Counted from the stretch's first letter, positions 1-11,576 are shown. The stretch is DNA of 42,740 nt from Octopus bimaculoides (GCF_001194135.2 NC_068985.1:47507700-47550439), one strand, 5' to 3'. Notes: generated by a model from the sequence alone, not told the origin. Numbers and translations: made by a program.

Positions 1-36
<36 letters not shown>

Positions 37-539
37 GTGTGTGTTCTCTTTCCATGTTTCTCTCCATATATAGTGTAATTTAACAATTAAGTAGCGCACT
101 TTCCACGTGTTGGTCCGAAACCATGTGACGGGTGTCGTGTTGACGAGGAAAGAATAGAAGCTCGCCGGATGTACAAACACTACCTCTAATTCTAAGGCCC
201 AGCTTTGTCGCGCGCTGTGTCACGCTGATCTGATACGAGTCATATTAAGGATGCACTTCTCTCTTTCATACCCCATCACTTACACGCTAATAGATTGAAC
301 AAGTAATTTAGCTGATCGATCGAACAACTGAATACTGATCGCAGAACTCGACGCAGTATCATTAACATAAATACATACATATACATACGTCTGGTTGTGT
401 AAGCGCGCGCGCGTGTGTGTGTGGTAATTCATACTGATTCTCTATAGCTTGTATAATTGAGATTAATGGACAATGAGAATATTCATACCATGTCATTCAA
501 TACTTGCCTGTAAAGCTATAGTCAGTGTGAGGGCATAGA

Positions 540-1370
540 GGTCGATAGTGATGATAAAGTTGAATGTGGTGGTGACGGTCTTCAAGGTGCCGGTGCTGTT
601 GGTAATCTTGTTGTTGATAGTGATGATGATGATAGGGATACTGAAAGTGGTCGTGGTAAGGTGGTGGTGATGGTGGTGATGGAAGTCTTGGTGTTGGTGA
701 TGGTTATGGTGGTGATGGTGGTTTTCACAATTGTGGGTATTATAGTTGTGTTGTTCTTAATGATGAAAGTGTTAGTGATGGAGGTGGCGTTGATAGCGGA
801 ACTGCTGGCTGTATTTGTGGTGATGATGGCGAGGATGATGGCAATGATAGCTGTGTTGTTGGTGATATTGTGATGGTGGTGATACTGTTAGTGTTCGTGA
901 TGGCGGTGAAAGCGGTGGTGATGATGATTATGATGGCAACAGTGATGATCGTGCAGGCATTGACTGTGATGGTGATGTTGAAGGTGATAATGGCTGTGGT
1001 GGAAATCAACAGCAATAGTGCCGTTGTTGTTGTCAATTATGACGATTGTGATACGGTTGTATTTGTCGCTCTTGTTGCTGGTAGTGGCGGTGATGCTGGT
1101 ATGACGATATGTTGGAGGACATTACGGTGAAGGTGATTGTGGTGGCGGTGGTGTTGTCTTCTTGGTGATGTGGTACAGTTGGCGATTACTGTGATGATGA
1201 TGGTGATGATGATGATGATGATGATGATGATGTCGATGACGTTGATGAAATTATGATGACTGTTTATATTAAAATGAATCACTAAGATTGCAATGATTAT
1301 ATTCATGCTGAAAACGAGGAGGATGATGGTGATGATGATGATCATCATCATGGCAATGACAATGAATATG
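540..1370. repeat. Degenerate (GTG/GAT/GGT)n trinucleotide low-complexity tract
   Basis: Continuous GTGGTGATG-type repeats with a pure (GAT)n run near 1205-1230; explains the Val/Met-rich and Thr/Ile-rich pseudo-ORFs at 661-1351. Confidence 0.9.
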
Positions 1371-2469
1371 ATCTAGAGAAAATATTTAATCATGATATAT
1401 GGACAAGATTTGAAATTTCATAGAAGAGGAATTGGCGTATTTATCGAGCCTAACACTTGAAAAATATATTATTCTAAATCACACAGAAAGGAAGAAGTGC
1501 AGAAGGAAAGTTCGGCGGTATCTGAGCACAGAACACGAAGAGATGGAAGTATAGTTGTAAGGAATTTTTCCCGAACGTCAAAAGGTTCTGCCAGCACCTT
1601 TTTCTACCAATATCAATACTGCTTTTCTTTATTTGTCATAAAATACGCAGTCTTACTAGAAGATATTACACAGAGATCACAAAAGTGTAGGATAGACAAA
1701 TAAGTTATATGAGAAAGAGGAAGTGGTATAAAGCCGTGACAATTACAGGCACACGCATACTCACACACAAATATGCATACACATATGATTGGGTGTAAAT
1801 TTACATAAATGGATCGGAATCGGAGAGCATCGAACATGCCTCTTATCACATACATATTTATGGGACAAGTTAATAACTGGTAAAGAAAATAATATATATA
1901 TAAAATAAACAAAAATAAAACTATTTATAAAATGGCTAATTGCCTTTTTGACTTTGTTAAGGTAACACAATTTTAATGTTTTCAGTATAACCGTCTTTTA
2001 GCTCATTCATTATATTCAAGAATTTCATCATCTAATACCAACACAATCTCGAGATGAAACGTCCAAACCGCGTAAGTTAATTTATCTTCCGAACACTTAC
2101 TGCTAATCTACAAGATAATGGACTCTGCGATGTTTTTTTGAATGAGTCATTCAAGAATTTTAATCGCCTTCTCTTGACGTTCCCATTTACTTTCCGTTGC
2201 TTTGTTACAATTTTAATTGTGGGTATTCTCTCCGGCATTTTGCCCTTCTCATTTGTGCTCTAATCCTTATGATTATCATCCATCACGAAATAATGGGGTG
2301 CTATTGCAGGCTGCTATGTCTGTTGTTATAACAGGAGGGTGGGAGATATAATCGTTACCTTCTAGAACTGGAACAACGGTGACTCCTCCGAAAGTCAGGT
2401 AGCGTAAAAAATGTGCTGGCGCTTTTAAGAGATGACTTTGGCACCGTTCAAGACTGGAGCAACAGCAAG

Positions 2470-2800
2470 AGCGATTTGCTGGCCAACCTATGAGGTACAT
2501 CAGTGATGAAACTAATGCCGCTGTTGGCAAAATTTATAGTAATTTCTTTGTTTACTGAGCTCCTCAAAGCAGAAAGCTATGAAATGACTTTTGCAGATAC
2601 AACTTTAACAATTTGGTTTCCTTCCATTACATGGAAAACCCCACGAGCTTTTCCCTGTGACAAACAATGTGAGACTGCTCGACAACACCCTTGTGCTCGT
2701 CAAAAACCATATGAACAAAGAAGCCTATGATAATCCACATCCAGACAGCAAACTAGTTCTTGTTACCATTTCACTTATCACCTGCCCATATTACACTACA
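2470..2800 (+). mobile_element. Old, frameshifted LINE reverse-transcriptase remnant (clade unresolved, CR1/L2/Jockey-like)
   Basis: The frame from 2609 reads QFGFLPLHGKPHELFPVTNNVRLLDNTLVLVKNHMNKEAYDNPHPDSKL, resembling the LINE RT segment QFGFRxxHSTxHxLxxVTNDIxxxLD...DxxKAFD. An upstream frame reads MRYIS...AVGKIY, resembling RPISLL...GKIF. Stops and frameshifts present. Confidence 0.6.
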
Positions 2801-3136
2801 AAGGCGAGAAAGAGCGACGATTCGATATCATTTTCCATACCCTAACAATCATTCTTGTACCTCGCTGTCATAGAGAGGACACTATTACACTATGAGAATA
2901 AATTTTGGGAAGCGATCAACTTGGCGTCGTGAACCACTCCTGCCAAACTAGTATTACAAACACTTTTATGTATATCTGCCGCATCTTCATTTATGTAATC
3001 AGGGCTTGATAACTCTGGAATTATGCAGTGTTGTGTTCAATATGATATATACCAATAAACAAGATATTTATCTCGATGTACTGGACGTACATACATGCAT
3101 ACATACATACATACATACATACATACATACATACAC

Positions 3137-3356
3137 AGTGTTAAGCGGACAGCAGAACTCGAGGCAATTCAGCGGCACTATACAAAAAAGATCGCCACAG
3201 TCCAACAGATGAACTGGAGGGAGCGACTGAAGGCACTAGGTCTCTACTCCCTGGAGCGCAGGCGGGAGAGATATGTAATAATATACATATGGAAAATACT
3301 GGAAGGACTGGTGCCAAACTTTGGTATCAAGTACTACAGGAATGCCCGCACGGGTC
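3137..3356 (+). mobile_element. CR1/L2-type LINE ORF2 C-terminal fragment (open frame, cut by N gap)
   Basis: ELEAIQRHYTKKIATVQQMNWRERLKALGLYSLERRRERYVIIYIWKILEGLVPNFG matches the post-RT motif LExVQRRxTKxI..YxERLxxLxLYSLERRRxR of CR1/L2-group LINEs. Confidence 0.88.
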
Positions 3357-3956
3357 NNNNNNNNNNNNNNNNNNNNNNNNNNNNNNNNNNNNNNNNNNNN
3401 NNNNNNNNNNNNNNNNNNNNNNNNNNNNNNNNNNNNNNNNNNNNNNNNNNNNNNNNNNNNNNNNNNNNNNNNNNNNNNNNNNNNNNNNNNNNNNNNNNNN
3501 NNNNNNNNNNNNNNNNNNNNNNNNNNNNNNNNNNNNNNNNNNNNNNNNNNNNNNNNNNNNNNNNNNNNNNNNNNNNNNNNNNNNNNNNNNNNNNNNNNNN
3601 NNNNNNNNNNNNNNNNNNNNNNNNNNNNNNNNNNNNNNNNNNNNNNNNNNNNNNNNNNNNNNNNNNNNNNNNNNNNNNNNNNNNNNNNNNNNNNNNNNNN
3701 NNNNNNNNNNNNNNNNNNNNNNNNNNNNNNNNNNNNNNNNNNNNNNNNNNNNNNNNNNNNNNNNNNNNNNNNNNNNNNNNNNNNNNNNNNNNNNNNNNNN
3801 NNNNNNNNNNNNNNNNNNNNNNNNNNNNNNNNNNNNNNNNNNNNNNNNNNNNNTATATATATATACATGTATGTACGTACGTATATATGCATATATACAC
3901 GCATGTATATTTATATACAAATATATTTATGTTTGTGCGCGCGCTTGTGTGTGTAA

Positions 3957-3991
<35 letters not shown>

Positions 3992-4996
3992 AATATATGT
4001 AAATATATATATATATTAGTTTGTATATCTGTGTGTGTATATGAACGTACTTCTTTTCAGTTTGTGTGCGTTTGTATCAGGCTATACGTATGTGTGCGGT
4101 TATAGGTAAAAACAATAACAGTGGCAGAAGTATTTGTCATGTTGATGTCTGATGCGGAAAATAAAAAGACTAACTTCAGAGAGAACTAGCACGCACTTCC
4201 GCTAAACAACGAACTTATATATGTATATATGTGAATTAAGTGTTTTCAAGTGTATACGCTGGTGTCTATATTCATACTCGAGTTATAATTCTTTGTCTTG
4301 TGTTTTCTTCTTGGTTTCGTACGCACCCGTATATGTGCGCGCGCGTGTCTGTGTGTGAGTACATGTGTATGTGCTTGCTGCTGCATGATACTCCAGTGTC
4401 TGTTTCGGGTTACACTTGCATGTACGATGAAAACTTATAGAAGTCAAAGCAAATTAGTAGGTGAATGTTACAGTGACAAGTTAAAAGCGTCTGTGAGAGT
4501 ATGTATATGTGCGTATGCATATATATATGTATATATATATATATATATGTTCACAAGCACATTCTTTGTCTCTTACAAACACACATCGATCAGTTGCAGA
4601 ATTATCACGACAGCAACGATAGGCGAGACCAATAAATACATCGTTACCGCCTAATGATAAATGTCTTTATAGTGTTTGTAAGTTCTTAATACACTACAGG
4701 GATTTATTGATTTGTAAAGGAGTTGAAATGCTTAGAAGTTTCATTAGGTTGTATTTTATATAGTCGGTATTATTGTTGTTGTAAAGAAGAAGAAAAAATA
4801 TTGTTACTATTACTTTCACATATTGATATTTTCATGAGTTCAGAGAACGCACTCGCACGCATCAATGAACTCATATTTTTGGCGTTTTAAATATACTAAC
4901 ATAGAAACCTTCACGTCTGTCTATTCGTGTATTTGCCACATGGATAACTGGCTTATGGTGGCCAAGCGTCACCTCTTGATTTTCTCTCTCTCTCCT

Positions 4997-5027
<31 letters not shown>

Positions 5028-5036
5028 ACACACACT

Positions 5037-5080
<44 letters not shown>

Positions 5081-5989
5081 TATATNNNNNNNNNNNNNNN
5101 NNNNNNNNNNNNNNNNNNNNNNNNNNNNNNNNNNNNNNNNNNNNNNNNNNNNNNNNNNNNNNNNNNNNNNNNNNNNNNNNNNNNNNNNNNNNNNNNNNNN
5201 NNNNNNNNNNNNNNNNNNNNNNNNNNNNNNNNNNNNNNNNNNNNNNNNNNNNNNNNNNNNNNNNNNNNNNNNNNNNNNNNNNNNNNNNNNNNNNNNNNNN
5301 NNNNNNNNNNNNNNNNNNNNNNNNNNNNNNNNNNNNNNNNNNNNNNNNNNNNNNNNNNNNNNNNNNNNNNNNNNNNNNNNNNNNNNNNNNNNNNNNNNNN
5401 NNNNNNNNNNNNNNNNNNNNNNNNNNNNNNNNNNNNNNNNNNNNNNNNNNNNNNNNNNNNNNNNNNNNNNNNNNNNNNNNNNNNNNNNNNNNNNNNNNNN
5501 NNNNNNNNNNNNNNNNNNNNNNNNNNNNNNNNNNNNNNNNNNNNNNNNNNNNNNNNNNNNNNNNNNNNNNNNNNNNNNNNNNNNNNNNNNNNNNNNNNNN
5601 NNNNNNNNNNNNNNNNNNNNNNNNNNNNNNNNNNNNNNNNNNNNNNNNNNNNNNNNNNNNNNNNNNNNNNNNNNNNNNNNNNNNNNNNNNNNNNNNNNNN
5701 NNNNNNNNNNNNNNNNNNNNNNNNNNNNNNNNNNNNNNNNNNNNNNNNNNNNNNNNNNNNNNNNNNNNNNNNNNNNNNNNNNNNNNNNNNNNNNNNNNNN
5801 NNNNNNNNNNNNNNNNNNNNNNNNNNNNNNNNNNNNNNNNNNNNNNNNNNNNNNNNNNNNNNNNNNNNNNNNNNNNNNNNNNNNNNNNNNNNNNNNNNNN
5901 NNNNNNNNNNNNNNNNNNNNATATATATATATATATATATACGTATGAATATTCATATATTGATACATATGTAGTATATGAATTAATGC

Positions 5990-6669
5990 TAACATTCTGC
6001 AACAAAGGCACATTAGACCCAAAGGATGACAATCTCAGGGTCAAATTTTAGCGTGCGATCTGGGGACTGATATGAGCAACAGCGTCAAGTTTGACGTGCA
6101 TATTCATCAAGATGGTGTCAATGTGCAAGCGAACGCCTTCACAGATTCTGAAAACTTCAGAACAAGGACCAGGAAGCTATGACTTTTATGGCGGACATTT
6201 GTTTTCAGTTGCCTAGACTTCTACTCTCAACTTTAACCAACAGTGTCAAATTAATACCGGAACTTGAAGCAGTTCAGCTGAAATTGACTAGGAAGGTTGC
6301 ACCAGTGGAACAGCTAAGCTACTAGGAGAGACTGTAAGAGTTACGACTCTACTCCCGGAAGATATATGTAGTGATATACGAATGGAAGGGGTTGGTGCTA
6401 AACTTTGGCGCCGAGAGTTATACCAGCCCCTGAAGTGTGTAGGCATCACTGCACTGTTCCCAAGGCACCCACCCATCCCGTCTAGAGTGAGGACCATCTA
6501 TGATAATAAATTGAGGTTCAAGGGCCCGCGGCTGTTTAATATCTTGCCAAAGCATCTGAGCGATCTACATAAGAAAAAACTTGACCTCCTTCTGTGCAAG
6601 GTTCCGGAGAAGAAACTTAAAAGAGAGCTGCAATATCATACTCCCTCCTTCAGCAAAATCCACCCCTAA
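5990..6669 (+). mobile_element. Second, more decayed copy of the same CR1/L2-type LINE (RT end to ORF2 end)
   Basis: DLGTDMSNSVKFDVHI...FRTRTRKL*LLWRTFVFSCLDFYSQL*...ELEAVQLKLTRKVAPVEQLSY*ERL*ELRLYSR...EWKGLVLNFG...LRFKGPRLFNILPKHL...KKLDLLLCKVPE; homologous to 3137-3356, with in-frame stops. Confidence 0.85.
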
Positions 6670-6856
6670 ACGGATGGCCATTGAAAATGCTTTTTGGCTG
6701 AAACACATAAAAAATAAAAAATAAAATACTATGCATATATATATATGTATAATACATTTATATACATATACATGCATATGTATACACATCACACACATTC
6801 ACAACCCCCGCCCCACACGCACATATATATAAATATTCAACGATATGTTATGCTGC

Positions 6857-7092
6857 TAAGGCGGTAAGCTGGCAGAAATGTTAACACGCCGGGCGAAATG
6901 CTTAGCGGTATTTCGTTTGCCGTTACGTTCTGAGTTCAAATTCCGCCGAGGTCGACTTTGCCTTTCATCCTTTCGGGGTCGATAAATTAAGGACCAGCTC
7001 CGCACTGGGGTCGATGTAATCGACTTAATCCCTTTGTCTGTCCTTGTTTGTCCCCTCTGTGTGTAGCCCCTTGTGGGCAATAAAGAAATAAG
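6857..7092 (+). mobile_element. tRNA-derived SINE, family A (near full length)
   Basis: Head TAAGGCGGTAAGCTGGCAGAA, B-box-like GAGTTCAAATTCC, body GGTCGACTTTGCCTTTCATCCTTTCGGGGTCGATAAATTAAG, A-rich tail; the same sequence recurs many times in the window. Confidence 0.9.
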
Positions 7093-7295
7093 AAACGTTA
7101 GCATGCCGGGTGAAATCCTTAGCAGTATTTCGTCTTTCTTTGCGTTCTGAGTTCAAATTTCGCCGAGGTCGACTTTGGCTTTGAACCTTTTGGGGTGAAT
7201 AAATCAAGTACCAGCTGCTGGGGTCGATCTAATCAACTTCCCCCCACCACCACAATTCCCAAAACATTTCGGGCCTTGGGCCTACACTAGAAAAG
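7093..7295 (+). mobile_element. SINE family A, tandem 5'-truncated copy
   Basis: Repeats GTTAGCATGCCGGGTGAAAT...GAGTTCAAATTTCGCCGAGGTCGACTTTG directly after the previous copy, with a different 3' tail. Confidence 0.85.
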
Positions 7296-7483
7296 AATAT
7301 GTTATGTGGCTAATCAGCAAACCGTCTCCCACACATTATAACCTGTAACGTATTCGCTCATATACACAAATCCCTGCACACACACTCATATACACCACCA
7401 CCACCAGCACCACGTTCGCACATTCGTCATTGACACACTCATATAAACATTGTGCTACATTTCCTCACTTTGAATTTCTCATT

Positions 7484-7523
<40 letters not shown>

Positions 7524-9879
7524 TTTCACCTAAGATATCTAACCAGTCAGTATTCATTCTTTAATTTACCATCAACTGCGCACGCACAGATTGCAGCACA
7601 TTTACAGCTACCCTCCCTTTCTATCCACTCTTCCCTCAAAAATAGCCTTGTTATATTTCTCCCTCAATTCCTTCTGATATTTTCCCTCTTTCTCTGCATA
7701 ATGTGTGTAACAACGCCCGGATTTCTCCCAGTCTATTTGTGTATGCTATTTCGTCTTTTTATCTTTTCAGACTTTACTTTTTTTACAATATTCTGGATAT
7801 CAATTTCTCTGGACCGGCTACCAATTTTCTTTTTTTCTTTTTTTCTTTATTAATACTTTCAGCTTTTATTTCCCTCACAGGATACAATTTTTTCAACTTT
7901 TCACTTTCATTTTCATATTATTTCTCATCCGAAATGTAAAAGTATGTGGTTTAGATATAACCCGTCTGAGGTTGAATGACTATCCAGTTGTCTGGTAGAT
8001 TATATAAATACTCTCAATACAACCTTTGAAAGCGATAGAAATAAAAAGATTTATGAAAATAATTAGGAACACTCATTCCGCTTTGCTCCAATACCAACAG
8101 AACATTCAGCATCAATTATGACACATTCTTATTATCGTAAAAGGAGTTGATTATTTTTGCAAATTTATCATGTCAACCATGCTTATTGAGCATCCGAATT
8201 TATAAAATTGTAGGCTTTAGTGAAATCAGAGAATCAAACGAAAAGGTCAAGAGTCTGTTCGATACATTTTTCTTGCAATTAACAAATCAAAATTAACAAA
8301 CCATTGATTCCTGCGTCCAAGCGCTCTAGGTATCTTTTAAATAATTCTAATTGAAGTTCTTATGATGTTCATATGTGGAAGTGATGGTTTTTGAGCAACG
8401 ATATAAAATTATTTGCCATATAACTTGATGTTCATGATATAAAAGGAGTACATTAAAACTGAGGATGAGTTTTCCATATATGTATGGATAATAGAGCTTT
8501 TACAAATATTTGAATTTCTCTTTGAAGTTATTTCATATAATCATATAATAGGAGGTACGGCTTGATTAAATATGTCAGTGTTGGAAGATATATTGCAGAT
8601 TCTAAATTTCTTATGATTGCAGGTGTTTAACAAATATAATTTAAAACTATTAGCAACGACAATCTAAATATTATTTTTAAACATCACGTTATATTTCGTT
8701 AAGACAAGAAATTTGAAGAAGGCTCTATGTAGGCAAGGAAACATACACGAAATCACCAACTGTTCACGCATATTAACATAAATGTTAATCTTGTTGTGCT
8801 CCTTGAACTGCAATTTAAAACCTCCATCTTTTTATTGAATTTTCAGAGAGAATCTCGGAGAGGTATGGTTGTGGATAATCATCTTTCAAAGAATAATGAT
8901 GTATGTGTATGTGTATGTATTGTGTTGATACATGTGTGCACGAGAGCGTGCGTGTATGTATGGATATTTGTGTGTGGACGTATGCCTTTGTAAGTGTGGA
9001 AGTGTCTGTACTAATCTGTCAACTAACGTAATACATATTGATCTGGAACTTTTTAAGATGGAGATCTCTTATAGTTTGAAGAGAACATTTAACTCACGAA
9101 GGTTAATTTAATGTCATATTAATATTTTTATCATAGTACGATCTGAGCGCCTCGAGAAGAAAACAATACTATTTTCAATTATTCAAAAGCTTTTCTCTAT
9201 TTCAAATCCTCAAAATTAATTACTTTAGTTATCTTAATGGAAATGTTTCCAAGATTCATTATGACGAACAATCTCCTATGGTTTATAGTAATCAATCAAA
9301 GTGAGAATCAGTGTATACCGTAGTTTACATAACCTTTTTTTTTGATATTCCTAATGTGCTGAGCTAACTACTTCCTCATTCTCATTTCAAATAGATTTCT
9401 GTACATTTTTTTTTATAATGGATTGAAGTTTGTAAACGAAGTAATGGGTGTCATTATCAGCTGGGGGAAAACATCATTCTTTGTACCCTTTACATCAGGA
9501 ATCTTCAACAAATTCCCATTTAATTGCCCATACCTATAAAATTTTCTGCATCGATGGTCACAAATTTTTCAAATGACCAATCAATGATTTACTGCGTTTC
9601 TGCCAATGACAGCGACAATGTAAAGTTGGTAACTCGGTGGAGAGGCAATATGGCACGAGATATCTTCCGAAAACCATTATGTTTTTATCAATTTTCTGGC
9701 CTACATTTGAATCCTTCGATGGTTTATATTGGTGACATATACGCACGTATGAATAAATTTAAACATGCATAAATATTTGCAAGTATGCATACATAAATAC
9801 ACACATTGTATACATACATTCATACATACATATATACATACTTTACATACATATGATTGACCGTTGACTGAACACTATT

Positions 9880-10050
9880 AATTTTTTTTCTCCGTGTTTT
9901 TCTCCTTGTCTCCGTATTCTTTCTGTTGAAGAGCGTAGCTCGAAACGTCAAAGACTTTCCGTATTCCCGAGCGTCATACTAATACATCCATTTGTTATTT
10001 ACACCACCTGTCCTCGTCTGTTGTTGTTTTTTCGTATATTCTCCCTCCTA
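9880..10050 (+). mobile_element. Putative Penelope-like terminal repeat carrying a hammerhead-like motif
   Basis: Shares TTTCTGTTGAAGAGCGTAG(G)CTCGAAACGT with 21522-21552 and lies about 90 bp (across a 10-N gap) from a GIY-YIG fragment. Confidence 0.55.
9918..9954 (+). ncRNA. Minimal type I hammerhead-ribozyme-like motif (variant core)
   Basis: TCTTT-CTGTTGA-A-GAGC(GTA)GCTC-GAAA-C-GTC-AAAGA: 5-bp helix I, 4-bp helix II, palindromic ACGT in place of helix III, GUC triplet. The core differs from CUGANGA at A6 (U here) and has an extra A. Confidence 0.4.
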
Positions 10051-10136
10051 TATATATATATATATATATATNNNNNNNNNNATATACATGCATTTATACT
10101 TATATATATATACGATCCGGGGGCATTAGTAGGCAC

Positions 10137-10322
10137 TATACGGGTATGACAGCTAATGACTTCAAGGAAAGACACTTCCAGCATATGAACTCGTTCAGAT
10201 CAAGGGACAGAGAGAACTCTACTTCCTTGCCTCGTTTTCTCTGGAGGGTCTGTGATCTCCGAGATGAAAAAATCAGCATCAAGTGGACTATTGTCGACAG
10301 AGCGCCATCATATTCACCCTGA
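10137..10322 (+). mobile_element. Penelope-like element GIY-YIG endonuclease fragment
   Basis: An open frame not in the ORF track reads YTGMTANDFKERHFQHMNSFRSRDRENSTSLPRFLWRVCDLRDEKISIKWTIVDRAPSYSP*, matching the PLE pattern YIGxTxxxFKxRxxxHxxSF......STxLSxYIW.L......IKWxI. Confidence 0.8.
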
Positions 10323-10420
10323 CTGACGGCAACCCGGATATACTACCTAAGACCCAGCTGCTGCTTTGCACCGCCTATACCAAGGGCACCGCTACCAACC
10401 AACCCAATCAGCAAGACTGC

Positions 10421-10510
10421 CATTTACCAATGCCCAACATTTACCAACCGCTAACGCATACCAACCCCCAACGCTTACCAATTCCCAACGCTTACCAATC
10501 CGCAACGCTT
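10421..10510 (+). repeat. 17-bp minisatellite, about 5.3 units
   Basis: Units CATTTACCAATGCCCAA / CATTTACCAACCGCTAA / CGCATACCAACCCCCAA / CGCTTACCAATTCCCAA / CGCTTACCAATCCGCAA / CGCTT. Confidence 0.85.
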
Positions 10511-10834
10511 GTTTTGCGTGTGTATACTCGCATATGCAAGCGTGCAATTGCACGCTTGAACATGCATGCGTGTGTGTGTGTGCGCGCACTGTTATGCATA
10601 CGTACATGCATGTGAATATATATATGTACATATGAATGAATACCCATGTGTGTGTATTCGTGTATCTGTGTGCATGTGCGCATATAGAAGTGTATTTGTG
10701 TGCGTGTGCACACATGCATGTTCGTCCAAACGTGTGTGTGTGTGCGTACGTGCAGACATGCGCGTGCGCGCCCATGTATAGATGCGCATATTCGCATCCG
10801 TAAACACATGCATGCAAAAGTATATGAGAGCGAC

Positions 10835-10998
10835 TACGTACCCACATAGCGGTTCAGCAAAAGAGACCGATAGAATAAGTACTAGGCTTACAAAGAATAA
10901 GTACTGGGGTCGATATGCTCGACAAAAGATGATGCTCCAACATGGCTGCAGTCAAATGACCGAAACAAGTAAAAGAGTAAAAGAGTAAAGAGTAAGAA
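10835..10998 (+). mobile_element. SINE family B, 3' part
   Basis: TAGCGGTTCAGCAAAAGAGACCGATAGAATAAGTACTAGGCTTACAAAGAATAAG...CAGTCAAATGACCGAAACAAGTAAAAGAG, homologous to the 3' half of 34134-34561. Confidence 0.88.
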
Positions 10999-11088
10999 TA
11001 TAATATACCATAACATTCTAGATGTTTTGGGTAAACGCTGTTTTCATCTCAATTTTACTTAAATAAATTTAATTCAAATCAATCATGT

Positions 11089-11195
11089 ATCAAAATTATA
11101 TATATATAATCAAATTTTATATATAATCAATCATCAAAACTATATATATATAATCAAATTTTATATATAATCAATCATCAAAATTATATATAATT
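11089..11195 (+). repeat. About 44-bp AT-rich tandem duplication (about 2.4 units)
   Basis: ATCAAAA(T/C)TATATATATATAATCAAATTTTATATATAATCAATC occurs twice, followed by a partial third unit. Confidence 0.8.
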
Positions 11196-11562
11196 TATCA
11201 TAATGAAACAGTTGTTGAATACAATTTATGTAGGTATTGTATGTATACATTATGCTTTTCTACTGATATGCTAAATAAATGGCTCTTGATGTTAAAGATA
11301 GTCTATTATGTAAAAGCAAGTCGGACAAACTTGGATTTAATGGAATGAATTTTGTTGAACAACTTTCTGCAAATTTGCTTAAGCCTCTGAACAGGTATCA
11401 CCCTGAGAACTTTCTCTGACATGGTCAATGCGACGAACACACGCTACACACGTTCCTTCCAAACAGCATAAGTGAGCTAGACCATTAAAACTTACTGTAC
11501 ATGCACGACAGCGTCCAAGGTCACTTTTCGCCAAGCAGCTTCACTCTGCGTGCTTTAGCTTC

Positions 11563-11576
11563 GTTACTATGGCAAC
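11563..11576. promoter_or_regulatory. RFX X-box-like motif
   Basis: GTTACTATGGCAAC fits GTTRCY-AT-RGYAAC and differs from the GTTGCCATGGCAAC palindrome at two positions; it lies in a GC-balanced unique island. Confidence 0.45.

Noticed and set aside
661-1351. Hydrophobic Val/Met/Ile-rich ORFs resembling membrane proteins
   Set aside because: Translation of degenerate trinucleotide repeats in several frames on both strands.
1480-1703. Purine-rich ORF and a minus-strand peptide VLAEPFDVREKFLTTILPSLRVLCSD
   Set aside because: No convincing splice sites or family motif.
7950-8760. AT-rich block suspected to be a DNA-transposon remnant
   Set aside because: No TIR, TSD, recognisable ORF or second copy in the window; recall of similarity could not be verified.
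9440-9772. GC-balanced block with short ORFs on both strands
   Set aside because: Every acceptor/donor pairing tried contains a stop; no motif recognised.
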